DNA from: an uncultured Selenomonadaceae bacterium
GTDB taxonomy: Bacteria; Bacillota; Negativicutes; Selenomonadales; Selenomonadaceae
Length of the DNA: 64,000 nt
Direction: 5' to 3'
Assembly: GCA_905233135.1 (NCBI GenBank)
Contig: CAJOCQ010000014.1
Span: forward strand, 4,643 to 68,642
This document shows positions 1 through 9,969 of this stretch, in pieces. How positions within the stretch are numbered: position 1 is the stretch's first letter; every line of letters starts with the position of its first letter. The translations under genes and the position numbers were made by a program. Below the pieces are notes generated by a model. The model did no database searches, was not told where the DNA came from, and saw only the letters and a program-made list of their open reading frames with translations.

Positions 1-192
1 TAGGCATATAGGAGAATTGCGCAGTTTCAGAAAAAAAAGCGTTGGCATTGTGCCAAAGTAATTCCGTAAAATCTACAAATTTTTTTAGCGTATGTTGGAG
101 CGCGTATTTTTGTAAGTTATTACCATAGTTTGAATAATCATCAAGAGCCAATGACGCTACTTTCAAAAAAAATCCCTCCCCTGTTGCAACTT

Positions 193-1341
193 TTAATAGC
201 CGAAAATTTCTTTAGCCTTCAGCATATTTTTTCTAATTTCGACGCCGAATGGGCAGCGCGTTTCACAAACGCCGCATTGAATACATTCGCCCGCGTGGTG
301 TTCAAGTGCCGCGTAATGTTCCCTTACAGTTTCAGGAATTGATTTCTGCGCTATAGTCAAATTTAAAAATTTTGTAACGTACGCAATATCAATTTTTTTC
401 GGGCAGGGCGCACAATGTGAACAGTACATACAGTGCCCTTTCCAACTGATTTTCGGAAATGACGAAAAAGCCAACGCATAATCTTTTTCTTCGTCGGTGG
501 CGTCTTCATACGCTAAACTTTGTTTGAATTGTTCGACGGAATGTGCGCCCGAAAGTACAACTGCAACGGCGGGGCGCGTCAAGGCGTAATGAATGCACTG
601 GTTAACAGTCAAGGCTACGCCCGCAGGAGATAATTTTGCATCAAGTAAATCTCCGCCGCCGAAACATTTCATAACCGTAATACCAACGCCTTCGCGCTGA
701 CAGGTTTCATAAAGTTTTTGGCGTTCGGGATCCATATTCGTTAAATTTTTTTTGTAGTTTTCACGGTTCCAAAGTTCTTCGACGTCTTCATTTGCGGGTT
801 GTAAATCGTAGCAGGGATTGACGCTGAACATTAAAACTTCTATTGCGCCGCTCTCAACCGCTTTAAGTGCAACTTGCGGATTGTGACTGCTCAAGCCGAT
901 ATGAAGAATTTTTCCCGACTTTTTAAGTTCCTGCGCATATTCCAAAACACCGCCGTTTGCAATAACGTCCCAATCTTTCAAATCGTCGCAGTAATGAATT
1001 GTTCCAACGTCAATATAATCTGTTTGCAAAAGTTTCAGCGATTCTTCAAAACCTGCGCGAACTTCGGACATTTTGCGCGTACGTTTATATTGCCCGTTCT
1101 GCCAAATTGAACAAATGTGCGATTGCGCAATAAAATTTTCCCTGCGCCCTTGCATAGCGTCGCCTATAGCTTTTCTAAGTTGCGGGTTGGAGGCGTACAA
1201 GTCAAAATAATTTACGCCGTTTTCTTCCGCAACGTCAAAAATTTTTTTAGTCATTGCAAAATTTTCTTCGCTTAAGCCTTCGCAGCCTATGCCGATTTCG
1301 CTGACTTTTAAGCCCGTGTTGCCGAGCATTCTGTATCTCAT
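193..1341 (-). CDS. Aldo/keto reductase with C-terminal 4Fe-4S cluster-binding domain
   Basis: ORF 193..1356. AKR-type N-terminus MRYRMLGNTGLKVSEIGIGC. C-terminal Cys clusters CMYCSHCAPCP and CIQCGVCETRCP. ATG at 1341 is preceded by GGAGAG; the TTG at 1356 is less likely. Confidence 0.8.
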   Translation of the reverse strand: MRYRMLGNTGLKVSEIGIGCEGLSEENFAMTKKIFDVAEENGVNYFDLYASNPQLRKAIGDAMQGRRENFIAQSHICSIWQNGQYKRTRKMSEVRAGFEESLKLLQTDYIDVGTIHYCDDLKDWDVIANGGVLEYAQELKKSGKILHIGLSSHNPQVALKAVESGAIEVLMFSVNPCYDLQPANEDVEELWNRENYKKNLTNMDPERQKLYETCQREGVGITVMKCFGGGDLLDAKLSPAGVALTVNQCIHYALTRPAVAVVLSGAHSVEQFKQSLAYEDATDEEKDYALAFSSFPKISWKGHCMYCSHCAPCPKKIDIAYVTKFLNLTIAQKSIPETVREHYAALEHHAGECIQCGVCETRCPFGVEIRKNMLKAKEIFGY

Positions 1342-1362
1342 ACTTAAACTCTCCAAAATTTT

Positions 1363-2070
1363 CTACTGTAAAATATTTTCTCTGATAAAAATTAAATTTT
1401 CGCCCCTAAATGCAAAAAACCAATGATATTTAGAAATTGCCTTAAAAAATTCGTAGGAGCAGCCGCGCTTCATTCTGTCATGCAATTCAATCATAATAAC
1501 TTTAACTTTAGATAACCAATCGTCAACATTAGCCGCGCCGAATACTTCTTTTTCTGCGCCTTCAATGTCAACTTTCAACAAGTCAATTTCATCAAAGCCC
1601 GAATCCTGCAAAATTTTTGAAATGGTTATGGTTTTCATAGCGGCGGGGTCATCTGCCGTTGTTTCAAAAGTCATATAGCCCCAGTTATCAAGCCCTACAT
1701 CTTCGACCTTAATAAAAGTTTCCTTGTCCCATAGCGCAGATTGTATGCCGTGAATATTTTCATACATACAAGTATTAAATTTCAAAAGTTGAAAATTATT
1801 TTTTTCCGGCTCAATAGAATAAATCTGCGCGTCAGAATATTTATTCGCAAAATAAACCGCACTGCAACCGATATTTCAGCCGCAATCTAAAATTAATTTC
1901 GGCTGAAAATTTTCAATTTGCAAAAAATATTCCTGAGATTTAAAAATAGAATTTATAATAGGCTCATCAGTTGTTCCGGGACGAAATGCAAGAGGAACTG
2001 CTTCACCTTTTATATTTTCTAAATTAACAAATTTAATCTTGGAAGATGTAATATTAAAATTTTCTGCCAT
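1363..2070 (-). pseudogene. FkbM-family SAM-dependent methyltransferase interrupted by one in-frame TGA
   Basis: ORFs 1876..2070 and 1363..1785 share a frame and are separated only by TGA at 1876..1878. The joined product reads ...KLILDCG*NIGCSAVYFANKY..., so the stop lies inside the DxGxNxG SAM-binding motif. GGAGA RBS before ATG 2070. Confidence 0.65.
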
Positions 2071-2152
2071 TTTAATTTCTCCTAAATTTTCTCAAGCAAA
2101 AGGGATTAGGGAAAATTCCCTAATCCCTAAAACCTGGTACCTGACACCTAAA

Positions 2153-5100
2153 TTATTTTCCTGCAAGAATTTTATAGCCGTTAATGCGTTCTTCAGCGTC
2201 CTTTTGAGTCTTTTTGAAAAGTTCCTCTGCCGCGTCGGGAAAATTGCGTTTCAATGAAGAGTAGCGAACTTCGCCCTGTAAAAATTCCTGGAACTTTGAA
2301 AAATCAGGCTCTTTTGAATCGAGCGTGAAAGGATTTTTGCCACTGCCGACAAGTTGAGGATTATAACGCCAATTTGCCCAATAGCCGCACTGAACAGCAA
2401 GCTTGCCTTCAAGTTGACTGTTGCCCATACCTTTTCTAATTCCGTGATTAATGCAAGGCGCGTAGGCAATGATTAAAGACGGTCCGTCATATGCTTCAGC
2501 TTCGGTAATTGCTTTGAGAAGTTGGTTTTGATCCGCGCCCATTGAAACCTGCGCTACGTAAACATAGCCGTAACTCATAGCCATTTTGCCCAAATCTTTT
2601 TTCTTAGTCTTTTTGCCTGTAGCCGCAAATTGCGCAATAGCAGCGGCAGGAGTTGCCTTTGACGCTTGCCCGCCCGTGTTTGAATAAACTTCAGTATCAA
2701 AAACAAAGACGTTGACATTTTCGCCGCTTGCCAAAACGTGGTCAAGCCCGCCGTAACCAATATCATAAGCCCAGCCGTCGCCGCCAAGTATCCACTGCGA
2801 ACGCTTAACAAAATAATCTTTGTTGGCGTAAATTTTATTTAATAAAGCGTCGTCGCCTTTTTCAGCCGCCAAAATTTCTGTAAGTTTATCTGCGCGTTCG
2901 CGGGTATTTTCGCTGACGTTAATATTTTCTTTCCAATCGGCAAGCGCGGCGCGGAGTTCGTGACTGCCTTTAGATTCGTCAATAGCTTGTGAAACCAAAT
3001 TTGCTAATTCCTTACGAATTGCCTTGACGCCCAAGAACATTCCCAAGCCGTATTCAGCATTATCTTCAAAAAGCGAATTGCCCCAAGCGGGACCGTGTCC
3101 CTTTTCGTTGACGGTGTAAGGCATAGCGGGAGCGGACGCGCCCCAAATAGAAGAACAACCTGTAGCGTTTGCAATCATCATTCTGTCGCCGAAAAGTTGA
3201 GTTAAAAGTTTAGCGTAGGGAGTTTCGCCGCAACCTGCGCAAGCCCCGCTAAATTCAAAGAGCGGCTTTTCAAATTGACTGCCGATAACAGTATTTTTCT
3301 TTGTAGGATTGACTTTAGGTGCAACTTTTGAAGCGTCAACGCCGTAATCAAAATATTTTTGACGTTGTTTAGCCGCGTCATCGAATTTAACCATTTCAAG
3401 AGCCTGTTTAGGGCAAACTTGCGCGCAGTTGCCGCAGCCTAAGCAGTCTTGCGTTGAAACGGCGATTGTTAAATTGTTGCCTTTTGAAATTTTTGAGGGG
3501 ATTGAGTCCATACCTTCGGGCGCGTTTTTCAATTCTTCGGGCGTTGTAATAATTGGGCGAATTGCGGCGTGCGGGCAAACAAATGAACACTGGTTACAGC
3601 CAATGCACTTTGAAGAATCCCATTTCGGAACTTTAATAGCAGTGCCGCGCTTTTCGTACGCTGAACCGCCGACAGGGAAAGTGCCGTCCGCCAAATCTTT
3701 AAACTTGCTGACGGGTAAAACGTCGCCTTCTTGACGATTGATAATATTTTGAATATCGCTGATAAACGCGGGCAAGCCTTCATTGGAAGTTTTTTCACGT
3801 TCGCCCTTCGCGTTAATATCCCAACTGCTTATGTCAACTTTATGCAAAGCCTCAATACCTTTATCAATAGCATTGCAGTTCATTTCGACAATTTGCGGAC
3901 CTTTGTTGCCGTAAGATTTTTCAACAGCATCCTTAAGATATTTAACCGCGTCATCAATCGGAATAATATTCGCAAGTTTGAAGAAAGCCGCTTGCATAAC
4001 CATATTAAAACGCCCGCCGAGTCCCAATTCGCCCGCAATTTTTACCGCGTTGACGGTGTAAACTTGAATATCATTTTCTGCAATATATTTTTTCATATAG
4101 GCGGGAAGTTTGCGCCCTAATTTTTCGTCGCTCCAATCAGTGTTTAAAAGGAAAGTGCCGCCCTTTTTCAAGCCCGCAATTAAATTATAGTGGTGCACGT
4201 AGGATTTTTGCGAACAGGAAATAAAATCTGCTTTCGTGATAAGATACGGCGAAATAATTGGCGATTTACCGAAGCGCAAATGACTCATTGTAATGCCGCC
4301 TGATTTTTTGGAATCGTAGGCGAAATAAGCTTGAGCATAAAGGTCTGTATTGTCGCCGATAATTTTAATAGCGGATTTATTCGCGCCAACTGTACCGTCA
4401 GAGCCGAGTCCCCAGAATTTGCAGGCGGTAGTTCCTTCAGGCGTTAAATCTATATCAGCGTGTTCATTGGGCAAAGATTTATTCGACACGTCGTCAACAA
4501 TTCCGATTGTGAAACTGTTCAGCGGTTTATCCTTTTTGAGTTCGTGGAATACAGCCAAAATTTGGTCAGGCGTGGTATCTTTGCCGCCCAAGCCGTAACG
4601 TCCGCCGACAATAACAGGCGAAATATCAGCGTCATAAAAAGCTGCGCGAACGTCAAGGTAAAGCGGTTCGCCCGTTGCGCCGCTTTCTTTCGTACGGTCA
4701 AGCACTGCAATTTTTTTAACGGTTTTCGGAATTGCGTTAAGAAAATGTTTAACGCTGAACGGGCGGTACAAGTGAACATTAATCATACCGACTTTTTCGC
4801 CGTTTTTGTTGAGATATTCAACCGCTTCCTGCATAGTTTGACAAACTGAACCGATAGCAATAATAATTCTGTCAGCGTCAGCCGCGCCGTAATAGTCAAA
4901 AATATGATGTTCCCTGCCTGTAATTTTTGAAACGTCAGCCATTGCACTTTCAACAATATCAGGCAATTCGTCATAATCATTGTTGATAGTTTCACGAATT
5001 TGAAAATAAACGTCCGAATTTGTGGCAGTGCCTCTTATAACGGGGTGGTCGGGATTTAAAGCATTACGGCGGAAATTGTTAATTGCGTCGTAGTCAACAA

Positions 5101-5680
5101 TTTTTGCAAGGTCTGCGTAGTCAATGACTTCAATTTTTTGAATTTCGTGCGAAGTGCGGAAACCGTCAAAGAAATTGATAAAAGGCAGTTTGCCTTTTAT
5201 TGCCGCCAAATGTGCAACCGCCGATAAATCCATAACTTCCTGTACGCTTGCTTCAGCCAACATTGCACAACCCGTTTGACGCGCCGCCATAACGTCTTGA
5301 TGGTCGCCGAAAATGTTTAACGTGGAAGTTGCAAGGGCGCGCGCCGATACGTGGAAAACGCCCGGTAATTTTTCGCCTGCAACTTTATAAAGATTCGGAA
5401 TCATAAGTAAAAAGCCTTGTGACGCAGTATAAGTTGTAGTAAGTGCGCCCGCCTGTAATGAACCGTGCACTGCGCCTGCCGCGCCGCCTTCGGATTGTAA
5501 TTCAATCAAGCGAACTTTTTGCCCAAAAATATTTTTTGTGCCTTTCGCCGCCATTTCGTCAACATTTTCAGCCATTGGCGATGATGGAGTTATAGGGTAA
5601 ATCGCTGCAACTTCAGTAAATGCGTAGGAAATATAAGCTGCTGCCGCGTTGCCGTCCATCGTCTTCATTTTTTTTGCCAT
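2153..5680 (-). CDS. nifJ: Pyruvate:ferredoxin (flavodoxin) oxidoreductase, single-chain PFOR
   Basis: 1175-aa ORF. N-terminus MDGNAAAAYISYAFTEVAAIYPITPSS. Two ferredoxin motifs CIGCNQCSFVCPH and CLGCGNCAQVCP. TPP-binding GGDGWAYDIGYGGLDHV. Confidence 0.95.
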   Translation of the reverse strand: MAKKMKTMDGNAAAAYISYAFTEVAAIYPITPSSPMAENVDEMAAKGTKNIFGQKVRLIELQSEGGAAGAVHGSLQAGALTTTYTASQGFLLMIPNLYKVAGEKLPGVFHVSARALATSTLNIFGDHQDVMAARQTGCAMLAEASVQEVMDLSAVAHLAAIKGKLPFINFFDGFRTSHEIQKIEVIDYADLAKIVDYDAINNFRRNALNPDHPVIRGTATNSDVYFQIRETINNDYDELPDIVESAMADVSKITGREHHIFDYYGAADADRIIIAIGSVCQTMQEAVEYLNKNGEKVGMINVHLYRPFSVKHFLNAIPKTVKKIAVLDRTKESGATGEPLYLDVRAAFYDADISPVIVGGRYGLGGKDTTPDQILAVFHELKKDKPLNSFTIGIVDDVSNKSLPNEHADIDLTPEGTTACKFWGLGSDGTVGANKSAIKIIGDNTDLYAQAYFAYDSKKSGGITMSHLRFGKSPIISPYLITKADFISCSQKSYVHHYNLIAGLKKGGTFLLNTDWSDEKLGRKLPAYMKKYIAENDIQVYTVNAVKIAGELGLGGRFNMVMQAAFFKLANIIPIDDAVKYLKDAVEKSYGNKGPQIVEMNCNAIDKGIEALHKVDISSWDINAKGEREKTSNEGLPAFISDIQNIINRQEGDVLPVSKFKDLADGTFPVGGSAYEKRGTAIKVPKWDSSKCIGCNQCSFVCPHAAIRPIITTPEELKNAPEGMDSIPSKISKGNNLTIAVSTQDCLGCGNCAQVCPKQALEMVKFDDAAKQRQKYFDYGVDASKVAPKVNPTKKNTVIGSQFEKPLFEFSGACAGCGETPYAKLLTQLFGDRMMIANATGCSSIWGASAPAMPYTVNEKGHGPAWGNSLFEDNAEYGLGMFLGVKAIRKELANLVSQAIDESKGSHELRAALADWKENINVSENTRERADKLTEILAAEKGDDALLNKIYANKDYFVKRSQWILGGDGWAYDIGYGGLDHVLASGENVNVFVFDTEVYSNTGGQASKATPAAAIAQFAATGKKTKKKDLGKMAMSYGYVYVAQVSMGADQNQLLKAITEAEAYDGPSLIIAYAPCINHGIRKGMGNSQLEGKLAVQCGYWANWRYNPQLVGSGKNPFTLDSKEPDFSKFQEFLQGEVRYSSLKRNFPDAAEELFKKTQKDAEERINGYKILAGK

Positions 5681-5700
5681 AAGCTCAAAATTCTCCTCTC

Positions 5701-5737
5701 AAATTAAAAATACCGCGCAAATTATAACACGCGGTAT
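5701..5737 (-). terminator. Rho-independent terminator candidate between macro pseudogene and nifJ
   Basis: Minus-strand hairpin ATACCGCG-12 nt loop-CGCGGTAT followed by TTTTTAATTT. The loop contains TGTTATAAT, an extended -10-like box about 45 nt upstream of the nifJ ATG. Confidence 0.45.
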
Positions 5738-5771
5738 TTAAAAAGTAAAACAAATTAACTATACAAAATTT

Positions 5772-6225
5772 CTAAATCAAAATATCACTGCGCGAAAATT
5801 TTTCTGCAACAACGCCTTTATAAATTTCGTAATCGCCCGCAGAAAAATTTACAACGGTAATTTCAATATCGTAATTTTTATTTTCGTCGAGCCAATTTGT
5901 CATTGCGGCAAAGGCAATTTCTGCCGCCGCTTTTTTCGGGTAGCCGTAAACGCCCGTTGAAATACAGGGAAAAGCTATGCTGTGCAAATTATTTGCTTTG
6001 GCAAGTTCCAGCGAATTTTTGTAGCAACCGTAAAGTTTTTCGGCGTCATCTGCCGCGCCGTGAAAAATCGATCCGACGGTATGAATAACGAATTTTGCGG
6101 AAAGTTTATAACCTTTGGTAATTTTCGCCTCACCCGTCATTCAACCGTTCAAAGTTTTACATTCCGCCCAAAATTTTTTGCCTGCCGCGCAATGAATTAT
6201 TCGCCGCGTTCACGTTTTAAGGCGG
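5772..6225 (-). pseudogene. Macro-domain (ADP-ribose binding / O-acetyl-ADP-ribose deacetylase-like) gene remnant
   Basis: The 122-aa ORF holds only the C-terminal two thirds (TGEAKITKGYKLSAKFVIHTVG, ISTGVYGYP). Upstream reads ...*TRRIIHCAAGKKFWAECKTLNG*MTGEAKIT with two in-frame TGAs. The VNAANNSL motif is in another frame and overlaps the nucleotides encoding IIHCAAG. Confidence 0.7.
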
Positions 6226-6315
6226 TGTTAAATATGAAACGCAACCGAAATCAAGCTCCGATAAAATTTACAATTTAAAAAATTGCTCTTTGAATTGACG
6301 GGCTTTTTTATTTTC

Positions 6316-6345
6316 TTGACAAGTTTAATTGACGCAGGATATTAT
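6316..6345 (+). promoter_or_regulatory. Sigma70-like promoter candidate for the histidine phosphatase gene
   Basis: TTGACA (6316-6321), 18-nt spacer, TATTAT (6340-6345). TAGGAGA RBS follows, then ATG 6372. Confidence 0.45.
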
Positions 6346-6371
6346 AAAAAAAATTTTTAGGAGAAATTAAA

Positions 6372-6989
6372 ATGCTAAAAATAATCTTGATAAGACACGG
6401 AAAAACTTTTTGGAACGGCGAATGGAAATTGCAAGGGCATTCAAATATTGAACTTTCGCCCGAAGGAATTGCAGAGGCGGAACTTTTGGCGGCGAATTTT
6501 CCAATTTTGACGATTGACGCAATTTATTCAAGCGATTTAATCCGCGCACAATCTACCGCCGAAATTTTGGCGCAAAGATTTAATTTGCCCGTACATACAA
6601 CGCCCGAATTGCGCGAAACTAATTTTGGCGATTGGGAAGGAAAAACTTTAGCTGAAATGAAAATTATCGACCCCGTCAACTATGAAAATTTTTTTGCAAA
6701 TCCCGAATCTCTTAAAATTAAAAATGCAGAAAGTTTTTCGCAAGTTCAACAACGCGCCATGCACGCCATAAAAAAAATTATCGCCGCGCACCAAAACGGA
6801 AATATTATCGTTGTGGCGCACGGCGCAATTAACCGTACTGTTCTTTGTTCAATTTTGGAAATTCCGCTGAAAAAAATGTGGGCGTTAAGTCAATTCAACA
6901 CCGCCGTTAATATCATTCGTTTTGAGGACGAAGTTTTTACAGTCGATTTAATCAACGGTACTGCACATTTAGGACAGAGTTTTTCTTAA
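6372..6989 (+). CDS. Histidine phosphatase family protein (GpmB/CobC-like)
   Basis: 205 aa. Catalytic N-terminal motif LIRHGKTFWN (RHG). Later AHGAINR (His phosphatase second motif). Confidence 0.8.
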   Translation: MLKIILIRHGKTFWNGEWKLQGHSNIELSPEGIAEAELLAANFPILTIDAIYSSDLIRAQSTAEILAQRFNLPVHTTPELRETNFGDWEGKTLAEMKIIDPVNYENFFANPESLKIKNAESFSQVQQRAMHAIKKIIAAHQNGNIIVVAHGAINRTVLCSILEIPLKKMWALSQFNTAVNIIRFEDEVFTVDLINGTAHLGQSFS

Positions 6990-6995
6990 AAAATT

Positions 6996-9608
6996 TTAAT
7001 CGTCAATCGAAGTTTCAATTTCTTCAAGCGTGTACGCTTCGATAATGTCGCCCTCCTTGAAGTCTCTGAAGTCAACGAAAGAAATTCCGCATTCGTAACC
7101 GGCGGCAACTTCTTTAACTTCATCTTTAAAGCGTCTCAAAGAATCTAAAACGCCGTCAAAAACTTCAACGTGGTCGCGCAGGAGTCGAACTTTGGAATTG
7201 TTATAAATTTTGCCTTCCAAAACGTAAGAACCCGCAACCAACGCCTTTGAAAATTTCATAACCTTGCGAATTTCAACGCGCCCTTGAATGACTTCCTTAA
7301 ATTTCGGCGCAAGCAAGCCGCTCATTGCCGCCTTAACGTCGCCTATAGCGTCATAAATAACTCTGTATGTGCGAATATCAACCTTTTCAGAATCTGCAAC
7401 TTTGCGCGCGTTGTTGTCGGGGCGAACGTTAAACGCAATTATTAAAGCATTCGCCGCGCTTGCAAGCATAATATCAGATTCATTGACCGCGCCAACGCCG
7501 CTATGCACAATTTTAACGCGCACTTCGTCATTTTTCTCATTGAGTTGCAACAGCGAATTTGCCAACGCCTCAATCGAGCCTTGAACGTCAGCCTTGACAA
7601 CAATATTTAACTCTTTGATAGTGCCAGCTTTAATTTGGTTGAATAAATCATCAAGCGAAACTTTTTTGGATTTAATTAATTCGTTGCGCTGAATTGCAAG
7701 GCGATGCTCCGCAATAGATTTAGCGGTTTTTTCGTCAAGAGCCGCCAAAATATCACCCGCCGCCGGTACGTCGTTTAATCCCAAAACTTCAACAGGGACG
7801 CTCGGACCGGCTTTTTTGACGTTGTCGCCTCTGTCGTTAATCATTGCGCGAACTTTGCCGTAAGTTGTACCTGCAACAATATGGTCGCCGATTCTCAAAG
7901 TGCCGTTTTGAACAAGGACAGTTGCAACCGCGCCGCGCCCTCTGTCAAGTTGCGCTTCAATAATTACGCCGCGCGCTTCTCTGTTCGGATTGGCTTTAAG
8001 TTCCTGCATATCAGCAACAAGCAGAATCATTTCAAGCAAGCCGTTAATATTCATACGCTTTTTGGCTGAAACTTCAACCATAACCGTATTGCCGCCGTAA
8101 TCGTCAGAAACCAATTCGTAGTCCATAAGTTCGCGCTTAACCTTTTCGGGATTTGCGCCGGGCTTGTCGATTTTATTAATAGCAACGATAATTGGAACAT
8201 TCGCCGCCTTAGCGTGGTTGATAGCCTCGACAGTTTGCGGCATAACGCCGTCATCAGCTGCAACAACCAAAACTGCAACGTCTGTAACCTGCGCGCCGCG
8301 CGCTCTCATAGCAGTAAAAGCTTCGTGCCCCGGCGTGTCAAGGAAAACAATTTTTCTATCGTTGCACATAACTTGATACGCGCCGATATGTTGAGTAATT
8401 CCGCCTGCTTCAGTTGCAGTAACTGCAGTTTGCCGAATTGCATCAAGCAAAGAAGTTTTGCCGTGATCTACGTGCCCCATAACCGTAACGACGGGCGGGC
8501 GCGGTTTCAAAGATTTAGGATCGTCTTCAATTTCGGGAATTAAAGTCGGGTCAACTTCGGGCGGCAATTCTTCAACGGTTACGCCAAATTCTGACGCCAC
8601 AATTTCCGCCGTATCAAAATTAATTTCTTGGTTAATATTTGCGATAACGCCCAACATCAAAAGTTTTTTGATAATTTCGGAGGCAGTACAACTCATTTTG
8701 CTTGCGAGGTCTTTAACCGCAATGCTTGAAGAAATTTTAATATGAGTCGGGCGTGCAATTTCCGCCTTATGAACGGGCGCAGCTTGCGGGCGCGGCTTTT
8801 TCTTGGGGCGGAGCGGGCGCATAACTGGTTGATTTTGAATTTGCGCCTGCTGTTGACTTTTAGCGATAGTAGCAGCATTTTTATTGCGGCGATTGCGGCT
8901 GCGGTTTTGAGTTTTGCCGCCGTCTTCGCGGCTTGAGTCGCGGTCTTTTCTTGCGGTACGTTCGCCGCGCTCGGGGCGTTCGCCGCGTTCGATTTTATTT
9001 TCTTCGCGGGCGGGACGTTCTGCGCGTTCGCTACGATTTGGACGCTCGGAGCGTTCGCCGCGTTCAGATTTATTTTCGTAAGTCGGACGTTCGCCGCGTT
9101 TATCGTCACGGGGCGGGCGGTCTTTGCGAAATTCGCGCGGCTTATTTTCAGTTTCGCGCGGTTTAAATTTTTCTTCAGATTTAGAAATTTCTGAAACGGG
9201 CTTTTCAGATTTAGGCGCGGGTTTTTCGACGCGCGGCGCAGGCTTACTTTCAAATTTTTTTGAAGGGTCAGCGGTGCGCGGCTTAAAATCTGATTTAGGT
9301 TTATCAGCGAAATTTCTTGCAGGGCGCGCAGGTTTAGCGGAAGATTTGGGCGCGGCTTCGGTTTTTTGTACTGGTTCAATTTTGGGCGCGGGCTCCTGCT
9401 TAACTTCGGCGGGAGTTTCTGCGGCGGGCTTACGGCGTGCAAAATTTTCCTTCAAAAGAGTATAAACTTCTTCGCCAACAGAGCCGAAACGATTGGCAAC
9501 CTTAATTTTGTTTTTCTTCAAAAACTCAATGAGAGTTTTATCGTCCTGATTAAATTCTTTAGCCAGCTCAAATATTCTGTATTTAGTGGTTTTTGGTGTT
9601 TTCGACAT
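6996..9608 (-). CDS. infB: Translation initiation factor IF-2
   Basis: 870 aa. GTPase motifs [24 protein letters not shown] and NKIDK. Low-complexity Arg/Glu/Pro-rich N-terminal region. Last gene of the rimP-nusA-ylxR-infB order. Confidence 0.95.
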   Translation of the reverse strand: MSKTPKTTKYRIFELAKEFNQDDKTLIEFLKKNKIKVANRFGSVGEEVYTLLKENFARRKPAAETPAEVKQEPAPKIEPVQKTEAAPKSSAKPARPARNFADKPKSDFKPRTADPSKKFESKPAPRVEKPAPKSEKPVSEISKSEEKFKPRETENKPREFRKDRPPRDDKRGERPTYENKSERGERSERPNRSERAERPAREENKIERGERPERGERTARKDRDSSREDGGKTQNRSRNRRNKNAATIAKSQQQAQIQNQPVMRPLRPKKKPRPQAAPVHKAEIARPTHIKISSSIAVKDLASKMSCTASEIIKKLLMLGVIANINQEINFDTAEIVASEFGVTVEELPPEVDPTLIPEIEDDPKSLKPRPPVVTVMGHVDHGKTSLLDAIRQTAVTATEAGGITQHIGAYQVMCNDRKIVFLDTPGHEAFTAMRARGAQVTDVAVLVVAADDGVMPQTVEAINHAKAANVPIIVAINKIDKPGANPEKVKRELMDYELVSDDYGGNTVMVEVSAKKRMNINGLLEMILLVADMQELKANPNREARGVIIEAQLDRGRGAVATVLVQNGTLRIGDHIVAGTTYGKVRAMINDRGDNVKKAGPSVPVEVLGLNDVPAAGDILAALDEKTAKSIAEHRLAIQRNELIKSKKVSLDDLFNQIKAGTIKELNIVVKADVQGSIEALANSLLQLNEKNDEVRVKIVHSGVGAVNESDIMLASAANALIIAFNVRPDNNARKVADSEKVDIRTYRVIYDAIGDVKAAMSGLLAPKFKEVIQGRVEIRKVMKFSKALVAGSYVLEGKIYNNSKVRLLRDHVEVFDGVLDSLRRFKDEVKEVAAGYECGISFVDFRDFKEGDIIEAYTLEEIETSIDD

Positions 9609-9683
9609 AGAGCCACCTCCGATAAGTTTTAAAAAATTGTCGTTTGCATTATATTTTTCTCCTTTGCAGAAGGTTAATTAAAA

Positions 9684-9929
9684 TTATTTTTCTGCCACCG
9701 CCTCAATAATTTTATCGTAAATTTCGGCGGGCAGAGCCGTTTTAAAAGATTTATCAAGCTTGCGGCGTTTTTTGGTTTCAGCCGCGCAAGTTTCGTTTTT
9801 GCAAATGTACGCGCCGCGCCCGTTAGCCTTGCCTGTAAAATCGATAATAAAGTTGCCTTTGGGCGTGCGTACGACGCGCAAAAGTTCTTTTTTATGTTTA
9901 CTTTCTCGGCAGTTTGCGCAGCGGCGCAT
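9684..9929 (-). CDS. ylxR: YlxR/RnpM family (DUF448) RNA-binding protein
   Basis: 81 aa from ATG 9929: MRRCANCRESKHKKELLRVV...GRGAYIC, the typical YlxR motif. Sits between nusA and infB. The longer 174-aa track ORF is a repeat-driven N-terminal extension into nusA. Confidence 0.8.
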   Translation of the reverse strand: MRRCANCRESKHKKELLRVVRTPKGNFIIDFTGKANGRGAYICKNETCAAETKKRRKLDKSFKTALPAEIYDKIIEAVAEK

Positions 9930-9969
9930 TTGCGTTTGTTTAGCAGATTGAGTTTTCAATTTGCGCCAC

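Noticed and set aside
130-342. 70-aa plus-strand ORF at the window start
   Set aside because: It is antisense to the 3' end of the AKR gene, with no RBS and no recognisable motif.
1876-1878. In-frame TGAs (here and at 6141-6143) as evidence of TGA recoding (Gly/Trp genetic code or selenocysteine)
   Set aside because: Very long genes (nifJ 1175 aa, infB 870 aa, GH3) are uninterrupted under the standard code, and TGA terminates several well-defined genes (e.g. folB, cas6, the StiP-like gene). One disrupted gene uses TAA and another a frameshift. No SECIS-like hairpin was noted. Pseudogenisation fits better.
2251-9632. Numerous 60-250-aa ORFs nested in or antisense to nifJ and infB (e.g. 8693..9442, 3731..4120, 4460..4849)
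   Set aside because: They fall within strongly supported long genes, have biased low-complexity composition and lack RBSs.
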